From NCBI RefSeq assembly GCF_004010195.1, contig NC_057752.1, forward strand, positions 6,853,003 through 6,895,422: a stretch of 42,420 nt of DNA, written 5' to 3'. The notes below the pieces were generated by a model. That model saw nothing but the letters and a program-made list of their open reading frames with translations, ran no database searches and was not told where the DNA came from. Numbering within the stretch: the first letter of the stretch is position 1; every line of letters starts with the position of its first letter. A program made the position numbers and the translations under genes. Below are positions 23,805-36,712 of this stretch, one piece after another. This DNA is from Chiloscyllium plagiosum. Lineage: Eukaryota.

Positions 23805-24605
23805 ACACGTTTTCAAAGCTTTTCATCATGTACTCATCAGAATAATTTGCAAGAATACAAATTTAATGGAAAATCAACATTTATACTATATGAGAGTGCT
23901 GATTAGTCACCAAGTGGACTCTGTTTTGTAGAGGTATTCCCATGGAGAATACATCAGTTAATAATGATTGACAGTTAACAGCCAGGCTTTGTTTGAATTT
24001 TAAAAAAGGCAGGTTGACTCTGATTGGTCGAGGCAATGCCCTAAGAAATGAAATGAATGGTTGCCACTTATTTTGTTGAGTTGAAACAGGCAAAATTGGT
24101 CTACAAAGAATATAGCCCCATGCATTGTTCCCCAGGAGCTGCATGGCTATGTTCACATGCAGCCACTCTGATGTTCAGCGCATGGCAATCAGCATCAGCA
24201 CACTGATTCCTCCAGTTCTGGAAGTCAGTGCTATTCATGGGTCTTGAAAGCCTGCGCGGTCATTAATAAAGTTTGGGGCAATGTTGGTGCCGTGGATGAA
24301 TGTTTGTAGCTTCTAGTACAGACAAATGGACCACACACTGCAAGCCTAAGTGACAATCATACACTGATTGTCAGCATGATTCTTCACACATTCAGCAAAT
24401 ATTGTCCAATTGAAGAATCTAATATAGAAACAGTGTTGTAAGTTTTGCAAGTATGGAATGGTGGGTATAGTCAGTACCATACTTGTTGTGAACACCCATG
24501 TGGTACATGTATTTCAGTGCCGGTGTGATGCTAGATATGTCTGAAGCATGTGCCAGTAACTGGCAGATTATATCAAACAACATATCCCCTCAGCTGCTTG
24601 CTGTT
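23805..24605. mobile_element. Old Penelope-like element of another family, with an internal inversion
   Basis: Plus strand 24497-24605 VVHVFQCRCDARYV...LADYIKQHIP (GIY-YIG); minus strand 24300-24480 DSSIGQYLLN; minus-strand HHR-like ctgatgagtacatgatgaaaagctt at 23816-23840. Confidence 0.7.
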
Positions 24606-24714
24606 ATACCTTCTAAACTGATAGGGAACATTGTCAGAATTACAAGTAACTTACCACAATTCAGAGTTTACAAAGCTGAACTTCATTAATGGCATCAGCC
24701 ATAGTTTAGCCTAC

Positions 24715-24890
24715 ATGTCAGAAGGATCTGAGTTCATTCTGCTCCGGTGACTTCAGTACAAGGATCTTGGCTGATATTCCAGCATACCACTGAGGGAGTG
24801 CTACACAGCCTTTCAGGCGAGACATTAAAGCAAGACCCAAGCTTCTCTCTAAGGCGGATGTAAAAGATCCTATTGCAATATTTCAAAGGG
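24715..24890 (+). repeat. Deu-domain SINE fragment
   Basis: ctgagggagtgctaca...tttcaggcgagacattaaa...ggcggatgtaaaagatcctattgcaatatttc resembles the Deu-SINE central domain. Confidence 0.65.
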
Positions 24891-24899
24891 TCATTTCAA

Positions 24900-25268
24900 A
24901 CAGCACAGAAGGAGGTTATTCAGCCCTTCAATTCTATACCTGGTCTCTGTAGAGTAATCCAGTCATTCTCATTTCCCTGCTTTATCAACAGCGAGTTCCA
25001 TGTCATCACTACTCACTGATTTAAAAATATTCTTCCTCATATTTTACCCTGTACCCTGCCCAAAACCATAACATTCTGCCCTTGTCCTTAATGGAAACTT
25101 TCCAATGTCTACCTTTTATGTAAAAATGTCATAATCTTAAACACTAATATCAAATCTCCCCGGACCTTCTTTGCTTCAAGGAGAACAGCCCCAGTTTGTC
25201 CAATTTAACATTGTAGCTAAAATCCCTAATCCCTGGAACCATTGTGTTAAATTTCTTCTGCATCCTTT
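24900..25268 (-). mobile_element. Old CR1 3' fragment
   Basis: cagcacagaaggaggttattcagccc tail; aaggagaacagccccag...atccctggaacc...aatttcttctgca. Confidence 0.6.
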
Positions 25269-25325
25269 CATGTTGCAACAATGACAAGAGGAGTGTGCTC
25301 GTAACCAGGCCCCACTACTCCGTGA

Positions 25326-25786
25326 ATCGACGTTTCTGGCATGAGCCTTTCTTCAGGAATGAGGAAAGTGTGCCAAGCAGGCTAAGATAAAAGGTAGGGA
25401 GGAGGGACTTGGGGGAGGGGCGTTGGAAATGTGATAGGTGGAAGGAGGTCAAGGTGAGGGTGATAGGCCGGAGTGGGGGTGGGGGCGGAGAGGTCAGGAA
25501 GAAGATTGCAGGTTAGGAAGGCGGTGCTGAGTTCGAGAGATTTGACTGAGACAAGGTGGGGGGAGGGGAAATGAGGAAACTGGAAAAATCTGAGTTCATC
25601 CCTTGTGGTTGGAGGGTTCCTAGGCGGAAGATGAGGCGCTCTTCCTCTAGCTGTTGTGTTGCTATGGTCTGGCGATGGAGGAGTCCAAGGACCTGCTCCT
25701 GTTCCTTGGATGCTGCCTGACCTGCTGTGCTTTTCCAGCAACACATTTTCAACTCTGATCTCCAACATCTGCAGTCCTCACTTTTT
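25326..25786. mobile_element. PLE 3' fragment (minus) joined to an inverted PLE terminus (plus)
   Basis: Minus strand: EEERLIFRLGTLQPQGMNSDF, 3' UTR and HHR (25329-25356). Plus-strand terminus at 25695-25786. Exact 14-bp TSD ccactactccgtga (25312-25325, 25787-25800). Confidence 0.9.
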
Positions 25787-26569
25787 CCACTACTCCGTGA
25801 GCCACACCATTTGTGTAACGTTTTGATTCTGTCATCAGAATGGCCAATTGTTTCACTTTGGTACTGCTATCCAGAATAAAAGAGAAAATTCTCAGGTGTT
25901 TTTGATGAACTTAAAAATAATGTATTATAAAATAAAAGTCATTTCTAAAAACAAGTGACAAAACTGGTCAACATCTAAGATATAATCCAGAATTATCCCC
26001 TTTTAATCCTAGCACAAACAAACCCACATAACAAAATGACAACAAAGAATCTGTGCAAATATTTTGAAACGGGCCGAAGAAAAATATCCTTATTGTCTGA
26101 AAAACAGAAAATGGAACTTCACAAATTCTCATAGTCCACCTGGTTTCTTGTTGACAAATTGCATTGTTAACAGCTGTAGACTGATGGAAGGCCTTCCAAA
26201 CTAGCTTCAGGTCAAACAAAACACCAACTATTTCCAAGTCTTTGAAAAATGATCACAATTCAGATTCTGAACAATTAGAAGGCAGTCAAAATACCGTGAT
26301 ATGGAAATTTTATCAGGTTCACAACTACTTCAGCCAAGAGAGAGGGAGAGTGTCTTACTGATTTTATTTCAAGTTTTAGAGGTTTGCTTGTTTCTGACTC
26401 CCTTAAAGCTTTTTGAAACAGAAACCAAGATTAAAAAGGATTGCTAGGCAATCATCAGCACAAGTCTATTCCAAAGTCAGGTTTTCCAGTAATTTAGGGC
26501 AATAAATTCCATTTCTTATCTCACTAAAAGTTTTGCTAGGCTGTTTTCCCAAAGTCACGACTTTCTATA

Positions 26570-26775
26570 ATTATCAGGTAGATCACTGCCCACACTAAAT
26601 TGTTGACCTAGTTGCAGTTGTACTGGAACAGCTTGGATGTAGTAAGTTCTGGTGCATAAATCTTTAGTACTATTACTGGAATAGTGTCAGGGCCTGTAGC
26701 CTTTGCAGTATCCAGTGCCTTCAAGCGTCCTTTATATTGCCTGGACTGAATCAAATTGCCTAAAAACTGAAAGCT
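26570..26775 (-). mobile_element. LINE ORF2 linker fragment
   Basis: RLKALDTAKATGPDTIPVIVLKIYAPEL..SKLFQY. Confidence 0.7.
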
Positions 26776-28219
26776 GAAGTGAACAAAATTAAAGAACAAA
26801 AAAAAAATTGGATTTGAATTATTAAGGGCTTAGGAGTACAAACACTTAGTCAGAAGTATCCTCAGGATGGATATAGATGAAGGGAGAGCTGAAGAATTTT
26901 GAGTCCATGTATGATGATATTTTAATGGTATTGGGTGAAGTGATCTGTATCTGGGAAATTTGAGAAGAACAAACCAAATTAAGGAGCATAAATTTGAATC
27001 AATATTATTGAGAGATTATGGATAATAGGATATGGTGAATTTTAACATGGAAATAGATAAACTGAAATCCAAAAAATATTTCACAAATATTATGTCAGTG
27101 ATTTAAGTAGATCATCACACTTAAAAGGTTAAAGAAAGAGTGATCAAGAACATTGATAAGACAGGGGGTGATAGTAGTCTTGTCTTATAAAAGTGAAAGA
27201 TTTAAAGAGAGTGTTTTCAATGCCTTCCTCAATTTGCAAATAATATTTGTGACTAAGAAAATGAGTGAATTTCATCTTTTATTGATAGTAGAATGGTTAG
27301 TGACTTATCTATTGGTTGCAATTACACTAGTGGAAAGATAGAACAAGAGCTATCATATGTAGCTAAGAGAAATAGTATGCAAAGTATTTAAAGTAGAGTC
27401 AGTATGATCAGAACCATATCTTTTGCATCAGCTCATCCAATCTTAATTGAGCAGCATGTGTGAGATAGCTTGGAATCAGTCACCATTTTATATGATATGA
27501 TATGTGGGGTAAAAGCAAATAAATCAGTGAGCTACCCTTACCTTCACACAAACACTTATTGTGTGACATGTCACAACAAGTAATTTAAACACAGTAAGGA
27601 CAGATATCCCATGAGGAACCGAACTTCTATTTTAAGCTAACTTAGAGCATGCAAATAAGTGACACAATCTGGAGAAATTAGAATTGTAACTACAACTGCA
27701 AGATAGATAAGAAAATTATTATGTGAAGCATCAAATGCCTCAAGGAGGTGACTTGTAGGATTAATAGGGAACTTATATTTGAAATTAACACTTTATAAAT
27801 GACTTAGTTTAGTTATAATCACATGATGAAAGTATATTTATTGATTCACCTAATATAATAGTATTCTGCTTAAGTATAGCTAATGTAGATCATGACATTC
27901 TAACATCACATGACTTACCTTCAATTGACACAGAAATGCACCATGGGATTGCAAACAGGGTGAAGATGATAATCTAATGTTTTAGATTTACGTGCTATAA
28001 GGCTGAGGGGCATCTGTTTAGTTTCATGATCCATGAATCATGACTACAGCTATGTATTGGTGTATTTCAAACGTACTGCAATTGACTAAATGTAACTTTT
28101 GCAATGGAATTACCAATCTACAATGTAGTCAAGTTTGTAGTTGTATAATCCTTAGACTTTAACATATCCTTAATAAAAACTTTGTAGAATTTAGCATACT
28201 TTCTGATCTTATGTATTAA

Positions 28220-28430
28220 GGGGATTGGTTAGCTGGATGGCTGGTTTGCAATGCAGAGTGATGCAACAGCATGGGTTCAATTCCCACACTAGCTGGGGTT
28301 ACCATGAAGGATTCTGCTCCTCATCCTCTTTCCTTGTCTGAGGTGTAGTGACCCTCAGGTTAAATCATCACCAGTCATCTCTCTCTAGTCAGAGAGAAGC
28401 CCTATGATCTGGTAGGATATGGAGACTCCA
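28220..28430 (+). repeat. tRNA-derived SINE
   Basis: ggttagctggatggctgg...gggttcaattccc (B box) ...accctcaggttaaatcatcaccagtc. Confidence 0.6.
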
Positions 28431-30899
28431 TTGTTATTAAGGTAATATAAGGAACACAAAATGTTTCTAAATATTTCACATAGCAGAATCAAACTAGCCA
28501 AAAGCAAACTGATCATAATACGTAAGTGTCTGATTTAATGGGAACTTTATCAATTACTCAAGGATTGAGACACGAACTCAAGACATCAGTCGAGTCCAGA
28601 TTATATATCCCTGCCATTTCCTTTGAACAAAGAAGCAATAAATATTTATCTTACTAAAATCACAAAACAAAATTAATGAAGCGGATTGATCCATGGACAA
28701 TTGACACATTAAGGAACCAACAAGCAGATAGTGGGAGGTGATAGCAGTGAACAGCTAATTAGAGATTGATCACACATCCCTTAAACCAATTAGTAACAAG
28801 TCTTGCTTAGTTTAGGCAAGCAGAATGTATTGATGTAATTCATAAAATTGTGGGATGTAGTTTGGAAAGAGTTAATAAGCAGCAGCTTTCAATAATGAAG
28901 GCACATAGATGAGAAAGTCTGAAGTTGTGTTCCTAGTGGTGGACGAGAAAGAACATGTATAGTATATATAATACACTCTGCTCACAAACGTGTCTTCTTT
29001 TGCTTCACTATAAAAAATATACAAACTCTATTCACAAAGTTGTCCTTTTCTGTCTGACAATAAAAAAAGAGAAAGTTTGAAGTTATCCCATTTCCAACTA
29101 GGAGAGGAAGGCCAGTGAGACATTGGAGAGAGAAAGAGAGATTGGGTGTCAACCTGTGCCCTCAGCCAGAAAGTAAGAGCTATAGTACGCCTGTAAAGTC
29201 ATTGCTCTGCTTTTTGATAAGTTGATTATAAATTTTTATAACTTACTATAAGTTTACTGAGTTACTGCACTGGAATGTATGTTGTTGCCTTATTGGTTAA
29301 AGTTTTCAAGTGAAAAAATTAATATTGGGATTTGAGTATTAGACCTCTATAAACTTACCCCAGCCAAATCACATAAAGAATGGTTGAAATTCTGTTCTGG
29401 TTAAGAGTTTTCACAGTCACTCATTTAAATTAAGATCAATGTATCATTCTAAAATGATGCATCATCCAACTGTCTGCCAATTTGCACACTATTCTACATA
29501 AAAGACTAAGTTGTATTTCAGCCACTTCATCAATCTAACAGACCTCAAATGAATTTCCCCAATGGTTGTGTGCATCCTTCATATTTAGATAAATTAAGTG
29601 TCTGACTTCATCGTACAGAGAAGATTCTGAACATTGTGCAGTCAAAATGCAAACAGGAAGACAGGACTCTAATATAGTAAATGTCAGCAGCCTATACTCC
29701 ATACCTGACCTTTGTAATTCACAGTATTTCCAGTAAAATCATTAATAAAGCCGTTTAAAGAGGAAGAGTCTGATCAAGATTAGAAAATAAATTTGCGCAA
29801 ATCCAACCGCAGTGTTCGAATACGTCTGAAAAACAGAAAACCACTGACATACTGTGACCAGTTTCTCAATTCTGGAGCAGAGCGTTGATATTGCAAGCAT
29901 GTGTTTAGTTGTAGAAATGGAATGAGAATAGCAATATTTTAAAATTTCTAATAGCCAATACTGCAGATACATAAAATTGGTAATTAAGGTGGTGGCAATT
30001 CATTTTAGTTTTCTGAAATGATCCTGTTTTCAAGTAAAATGTAAGATTTTTAGAAAGCTAAATGTTGGGAGTTAATGTTCTTGGATTTTTTTATATACTA
30101 ATGTAATTGAAAGGGGTGCTACGATACTAAAGTATCTGGAATCTATAACCTAAAAGAATGTATTTGTGAATAACTAAAAGCATCAAAGAGAGATTAAAGA
30201 ATAAAACCAAATGAAGATCCAAGTACTTCTTTGTTTTAAACATTCAAAATAAATTTTGAGGACTGGAAATATATTTGTTGAACACAAAGCCAAGATAATG
30301 ATGTTATTGTGGTTTCATAGCTAATATTGTTTGTGGACTTCAGTTTGAAGGATTATGGATACCTGGATTATTCTTTAAGAGGTCAATGACAGGATAACAA
30401 AACATTTTTAAACAAGTCGTTTCTTCAAAGTCACATCTTGCTATAACTGCTTGTTTACTGCAGGGCCCCAGTCTGGCTTTACAATTGATAGGTTTGCAGC
30501 TTCTATTTTGAAGATTGTTTGGACTTTTCAGTTGGCAGCCAGCTTGTGGGAAGGAAAAGAGCTCCCCAGTCCAGCTCTCCTTTTCCTGAAAAAAATATTC
30601 TTGTTGCAGATCCAGAGAGGTACATGCAGCCATGGTCCAATTGGAACCTTGATTGTTCTTCTGAAGAGCATTTGGTAATCCTGATCCTGTGTTTCCTGTG
30701 TAAGCTGCTTTGGCACAAAGACATCTGGTTATGTTTGGTGACATACATCTTTGTTTGGTAGATTATTAGATGGCAGTCATCTGTACTTTCCACACCTTAT
30801 CTTTTTTTGCTTTCAAGATCTATGATTTCTGGCCAAAAGTCTTGTCCCCCGCAAAGTGAATTACTATAGAGAAATGTTATTTTCCTTTTACCTGTAGTG

Positions 30900-31742
30900 T
30901 AGCAGTAGTAGGCCATTCAGTCCATTGAGTCTGTTGTGCCATTCAGAGGTTATTGATCTGATAATCCTCAAATCCACTTTCCTGCATTTTCCCTGAATCC
31001 CTGTTTCCTTACTGATTAAAAATGTCTATTTCGGCCATGAATATACTTTACACTCAGCCTCTTCAGCTCTGTGTATTAAAGAATTACAATAGATTCACTA
31101 CTCTCCAAGAAAAAAAAAAATCCCTATCTCTGTCTTAAATGTGTGACCCCTTATTGTGATTATGCCGTCTTGTCCTCGATTCTCCCACAAGGGCAAACAA
31201 ACATTCCGTATCCACCCTGTCAAATCCCTTAACAATATTTTATGTTTCAATAAGGTCGTGTCACATTCCTCTATATTCCAATGAGTAAAAGCCCAACCTA
31301 CTCAATCTCTCCTCATGAGATAGTCCCTTCATACACAAGATTTGGACTGCCCCAAATGCCAAAATATCTTTCCTTAGACGGAGCCTAAAACTGTTCACTA
31401 TTCCAGCTATGGTCTAACTAGTTCCTTGTACAGTTTTGCAAGACTTCCCTATTTTTATACTCCATTCCCTTTGAAGTAAAGGCAGATATTCATTTACCTT
31501 TCCTCTTACTTGCTGAACTTGGATGCTAGCTTTTTGGGAATTATGCATGAGTATTCCAAATCCATCTCTGCTGTAGTTTTCCACAGCTTTTAAAAAAATC
31601 TAAATAATATTCTGCCTCTGTATTCTTCATGCCAATGTACGTACTATCACATTTTCTCACATTAGATTCCATCTGCCAAGTTCATGCCCACTCAATTAAC
31701 CTGTTTATATCCCTCTGCAGTCTTTATGTCATCTTCATCACT
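30900..31742 (-). mobile_element. CR1 3' fragment
   Basis: Homologous to 41050-41810; WQMESNVRKCDS; tail gcagtagtaggccattcag. Confidence 0.8.
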
Positions 31743-32189
31743 TGGTTCACAGAAGAAACAGGAAACAGAAAGTATGCAAGAAATATGCGTAACTTGAGGA
31801 CCCTGGTTCAACAGAAATAGTAAACTACTAGCAGACCTTAAGTGTTGAAACTCAGTGTATCTATTGTAATATAGATGCGGTCAACAAGTTTAACAATTGC
31901 GTTAAGTAAATGTGGAAATTGTTAGAAGTGTGCACTATATACGAGACTTACAATATAGGATCAATCAGATGAAAACAGCAGAAGTAATTAGGCCAACATG
32001 AGAAGACAAAATAATTAACTAGAAACTGTTTTCTATTATTTTCTCTTTCTCTTGCTATGTTTGTCAGCCTCCAAGAGACCAGCAGTTGAAAAGCTACACG
32101 AGAGGGCTCAGTTTGAAAATAAAAATCAATGATATCATAGGAGTAATGTTCATTAATCTCAAAATTCATTAACCTCTAATCTTCACTTT

Positions 32190-33505
32190 GTAGTAAATAG
32201 CATGTGAGAAATTGTGGACACTTCCCGTAACCTAGATGAACACATGTGCAGGGAGTGTTAGCAGCTGCAGAAACTTGAACTCCAGGCTTTAGGTCTCAAT
32301 TGGCACCTGGAGTCACTGTGGTGCAAAGGCTTACAGTTACATGAATTTTCAGAGAGGTGGTCACACCACAAGTTAAGGACATGCAGGCAAATAGGAAATG
32401 GATGACTGCCAGACAATCTGAAAGAATCAACCCAGATAGTACAGGTGTCCCCTGTGGTCCTGCTCAAAAATTGGTTTTCATTTCTGGATAATGGTGAGGT
32501 TGATGGTTCCTCAAATGAGTGCAGCCACCTCTAGGTCCATGGCCCCACAGGTGGGCCAACTGTACAAGAGGGAAGGAAGAAGAATGGTTGAATGTACTGA
32601 TTGGTGATTCATTAGTTAAGGATAGAAACAGGCATTCCTGTGCTATAGACATGACTCCAATATGGTGTGTTGTCTTCCTTGTGTCAGGGTCAAGTATATT
32701 GCAGAGTGGCTGTAGGACATTCTTCTGGGGGAGGATCATCAACCAGAGATTGTGGTACATGTTGGTACCAACAATATAGTAAGAAGGTTGATATGGTCCT
32801 GCACTTGTAGTCTAGCAAGCACCAGGAAACCAACAAGGAGGATTCAAAAGTTGTGATCTCCAGATTGCTGAGCACAGCACAAAAATGAGTACAGAAATAA
32901 GAGGATAAGGCAAATGAATTTATGGCTGGAAAGATGGCACAGGAGAGAAGCCTGGGACAGGATCTGAGGAGATGAAACCTAGAGAAGCTGCATGGGTTAA
33001 ACCTGAACAGAATCAGAACTTAGTTCTTTGCACAGAGTTTTGGTAGTTCTCTTGGGGAGGTTCAAAACTAACTTAACAGGGGTGTGGAACCAACAGAAAA
33101 TACTAGAGAGTATTACCATGGTGCACAAAATATTTGGAGAGTCAGATAGCACTAAAATGGAGAATAGTCAGTTATTAAGTAGAGTTGGAGTGAGAAATTA
33201 AAACATTCTAAATCAGGGAAACACTATGTATATAAATGTGTGGAAAATATTAAATAAGATTGGTGAGCTACAGATGCAGATTGCCATTTGGAATTATTAT
33301 AATATAACAATAACAGAAACCTAATTGAAGGAAGGACAGGATTGGGTGTTAAATATTCTTAGTTACAGAATGTTCAGGAAAGATAGGAAAGGAAGGGAAA
33401 GAGGAAGGGTGGTATCAGTTAAGGAAAGCGTCACAGTACTTTAGAAAGAAGATATTTCAGAGGGGTCTAGGACAGTATTGATTTGGCTGGAGCTTAGAAA
33501 CAAGA
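32190..33505 (+). mobile_element. Decayed CR1 ORF1 and start of ORF2
   Basis: HMCREC; VLIGDSLVK (SGNH-esterase block); VVHVGTNNI; ITET; RKDRKGR; IWLELRNK. Confidence 0.8.
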
Positions 33506-33660
33506 GAAGCCAGGAAAATGGCATTATGTTATGACTTTTATTCAGGGGGCTGGTGCAGAGATGATGGGCTGAATGGCCTTCTTCTGCATTGTAACAATTC
33601 TTTGATTTTGAACTCCATCTGTGATACCCCAGTCCACTCCTCTTGTTCTTGCATGTGTGA

Positions 33661-34300
33661 ATTGAATTGAATTGAATTTATTGTCACGTGTACCGAGGCA
33701 CAGTGAAAAGCTTTGTCTTGCAAGCAATACAGGCAGATCACAGAGTTAAGTAGCATAGATAGTAAATAACAGGTAAACAGCAGCAAAAACAAAAACACAG
33801 GTACAGGTGAATGTTAAGACTTTGAGAGTCCATTCAGTATTCTAATAACAGTAGGGTAGAAACTGTTGCAAAACCGACTGGTGCGTGTGTTCAGGCTTCT
33901 GTACCTTCTCCCCAATGGTAGAGGTCGTAGAAAAGCATTGCCAGGGTGGGATGGATCTTTAAGAATGCTGGCGGCCTTTCCTTGACTGTGGGCCTGGTAG
34001 ATGGATTCTATAGATGGGAGGTTGGCGTTTGTGATTGTCCGGGCTGAGTTCACCACTCTCTGTAACCGTCTCCGATCTTGAATAGTATAGTTGCTATACC
34101 AGGTGGTGATACATACAGAAAGAATGCTCTCGACGGTGCACCTATAAAAGTTGGCAAGGGTATTCGCCGTCATGCCAAATTTCCTCAGCTGCCTGAGGAA
34201 GAAGAGACATTGTTGGGCCTTTGTAACCAGTGCATCCACATGAAGAGTCCAAAAAAGCTTGTTGTTGATGACCACTCCCAGAAGCTTGACACTCTCCACG
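33661..34300 (-). mobile_element. Rex1/Babar-type LINE, 5'-truncated and relatively young
   Basis: Uninterrupted 161-aa frame KLLGVVI...KAQQCLFFLRQLRKFG...FYRCTVESIL...LQRVV; aataaa followed by (ttcaa)n tail; 8-bp TSD atgtgtga (33653-33660, 34301-34308). Confidence 0.9.
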
Positions 34301-36140
34301 ATGTGTGATCAAGTCACTAATCATACACGGTTGTCCCCAGAGTCCTGACATTCACAGCTTGCTCAGTAAGTGCAATCTTCAGTATATCTTTCAATCACTC
34401 TTTCCAAAGAACAAATAGGTTTAACCCTGAACACAACAAGAGGATTTATTTCCAGAAAGCGGGAAGATCAGCGAGATAGACCTTCCTGCAGGTTTCATGT
34501 CCCCCAACTAATTCGAGCAACCAAAGCACTCTCTCTTGAGTTACTTTTCAAACAAGCCCGGTCGAGAAGGGGTTGCCATGCCACCTTTACACTTGTGGTA
34601 TCTAAAGTTTTCTTTTCCTATTGCTCCATCTAGCTGCAACCCTGAAAGCAGCAGCTGAGTTGGAGTTTGTCTATTCAATGTCACTTTGGATGACTGTGGC
34701 TGGCGTGAGACCTTGAGGCTTCTAGTTTACTGGGGGTCTCCTGCACTAGTGCAAAGGCAACCCCTTGACCTCACTACTGCTGGAGCAAATTAAGTCAATG
34801 TTAGAGGGCATGAAGAGCCAGCACAAACTCTGCAGGTGCCCTGAGAGGAAGCCCCAGAGCAACTGGCATGCACTTCCCCTCCATCTGGGTGCACGGATGC
34901 ATGATGCATCTGTTTCTCCTGCATGACAATGTGCAGTTAGGGTCATGTCAAGTGAAACTTAGCCCACTGTCTGCATGAATCCCTATCACACCTAATAGCC
35001 TGTCATTTACATGTGACATTCAAGTGCAAAGAACAGCCAAACACCTATATGTTTTGGCCTCAATTGTCATGTAGCACTAAAGTTAATCATACACTCACAT
35101 TTCTGACATAGCTGCCCATTCAGTGATATAAGTTTTTTATGGGAAAATCTTTGATGCTCTCTCATGAGAGACCCTTTATTGAAATGCAATCATGGCAGAT
35201 TGGAGCAGGTCGTTCAGCCATTTCCTGCACTGTACTCAGGTATTGCAAAGAGCCCCATAGGTGATCACATCCATTGGCAGCTCTCTCTTGGCTAATCTGG
35301 TCAGGCTGGAGGGCCTTCTGAAGCCATCTGCAGGGAGGCATCACTGAAGTGTTGGGATGATCTGTCTAGGCTCTGACATCTTTTAAAATGAAAGGCTTAG
35401 ATGTATTGGTAGGGGAGAGAGGAGAAGACAGAATAATAAAGGAGGGAGAATGATAGGACAAGAGGCTTGAGGGAGCCCGAGGTTGAAAGGGGTACAGCAA
35501 GAAATTGACCCACTGACCAGGAAAGTTCGGGCCTGACATATGTATGTCTGAGAGGTTCATTATACTCCATCCACTCCCGTTCTATTGTGGACTGATTGTG
35601 GGTTGCTCCCAGCAATATTATGCACGTGCCGTTGCTTTAAATATTAATTAGAATCGGAGGGAAGCAGTGAAAAGCAAAGCATCATAATGGCACCCACTTC
35701 TGGAATGGTGCGCCAAAGTTAAAATTCAACCCTGCATTGTTAGCACTGTGTTCTCGGGCTACTGTGAAAACTAGATGGCAGTCAAAACTTTTTCAAAAGA
35801 ATACTTTGAATAATTTTGCTGGTTGTCCTTCTGTGGTTGCTTTCTGACCTGAAGGATACCAGGTGATTTGCTAATTTTTAAAAGAAGAAACAATATATCA
35901 GCCACTCAAACATAACATTCAGCTTGCATGTGTTTTTTAAAGTGTTTTGGATTGTCTTCCTTCAAACTATAAGGCTTTGACCTTGATTGATCGAATACTT
36001 CACTTCATACCACTTGAGCACTCAACTTTGTCCAGATCCATAATCCCTGCAAATTGGAACAGGATTTTGAGTAGCTAATTACAAAAAATTAAAAATAAGG
36101 TAGTGCTGGAGACAAACCAAATGACTGTAATAACAAGATA

Positions 36141-36359
36141 CAGTCAGTTCTGCTCTAACATGTGTTTCTTCAACGTGTATTGGTTACAATGCGATTGAAG
36201 AATTTAGACCATTATTTGTAGAACACAAACTTGCCTTACCTGTATTGGCGATAATGCGATCCCAGTCCCATTAGTTTAAATGGCGCTGCTATTGCACAAT
36301 TTTCTTATAACGAAGGATCGCATGGGAATGGAACTATTGCGTTATATCAGAGCCAACTG
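36141..36359. mobile_element. Tc1/mariner-pogo (Tigger-like) MITE
   Basis: TA|CAGT...ACTG|TA ends; terminal inverted repeats match at 14 of 20 positions (cagtcagttctgctctaaca vs cagttggctctgatataacg). Confidence 0.7.
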
Positions 36360-36439
36360 TAGCGAATGAGTCGCATGCCAAGGATCTAACTAAAGTAATA
36401 AGTAGCTAATTTTCTCAAGAACCACTTTTTTTGGTAATT

Positions 36440-36712
36440 ATCTCTTTGCCTCGTGTAATCAGATTGTAGGTCATCCCTTTGCTTGTTATTCAGCTGTTGA
36501 CACTTTACTCACACCGTCTGACACTTTTGATCACCCGCAGAGACTTATTATTCAACACTCTACTCAAACCATTTATATGATCTTTTGATCTCTCTGCCTA
36601 TAAATTCTGTGTCTGTGTACTTCTCTCTACTTTACCTGACGAAAGGGCTACACTATGAAAGCTTGTGATTTTAAATAAACCTTTTGGACTCTAATCTGGT
36701 GTCATGTGATAT
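36440..36712 (+). mobile_element. PLE 3' end (GAAAGCT family) with a decayed HHR
   Basis: CTGACGA 36636-36642, GAAA 36657-36660, GCTT, then aataaaccttttggactctaatctggtgtc; homologous to 41937-42022. Confidence 0.7.

Noticed and set aside
30340..30744. 134-aa ORF as an annotated CDS
   Set aside because: No recognisable domain, and overlapping ORFs occur on both strands; kept only as a candidate exon.
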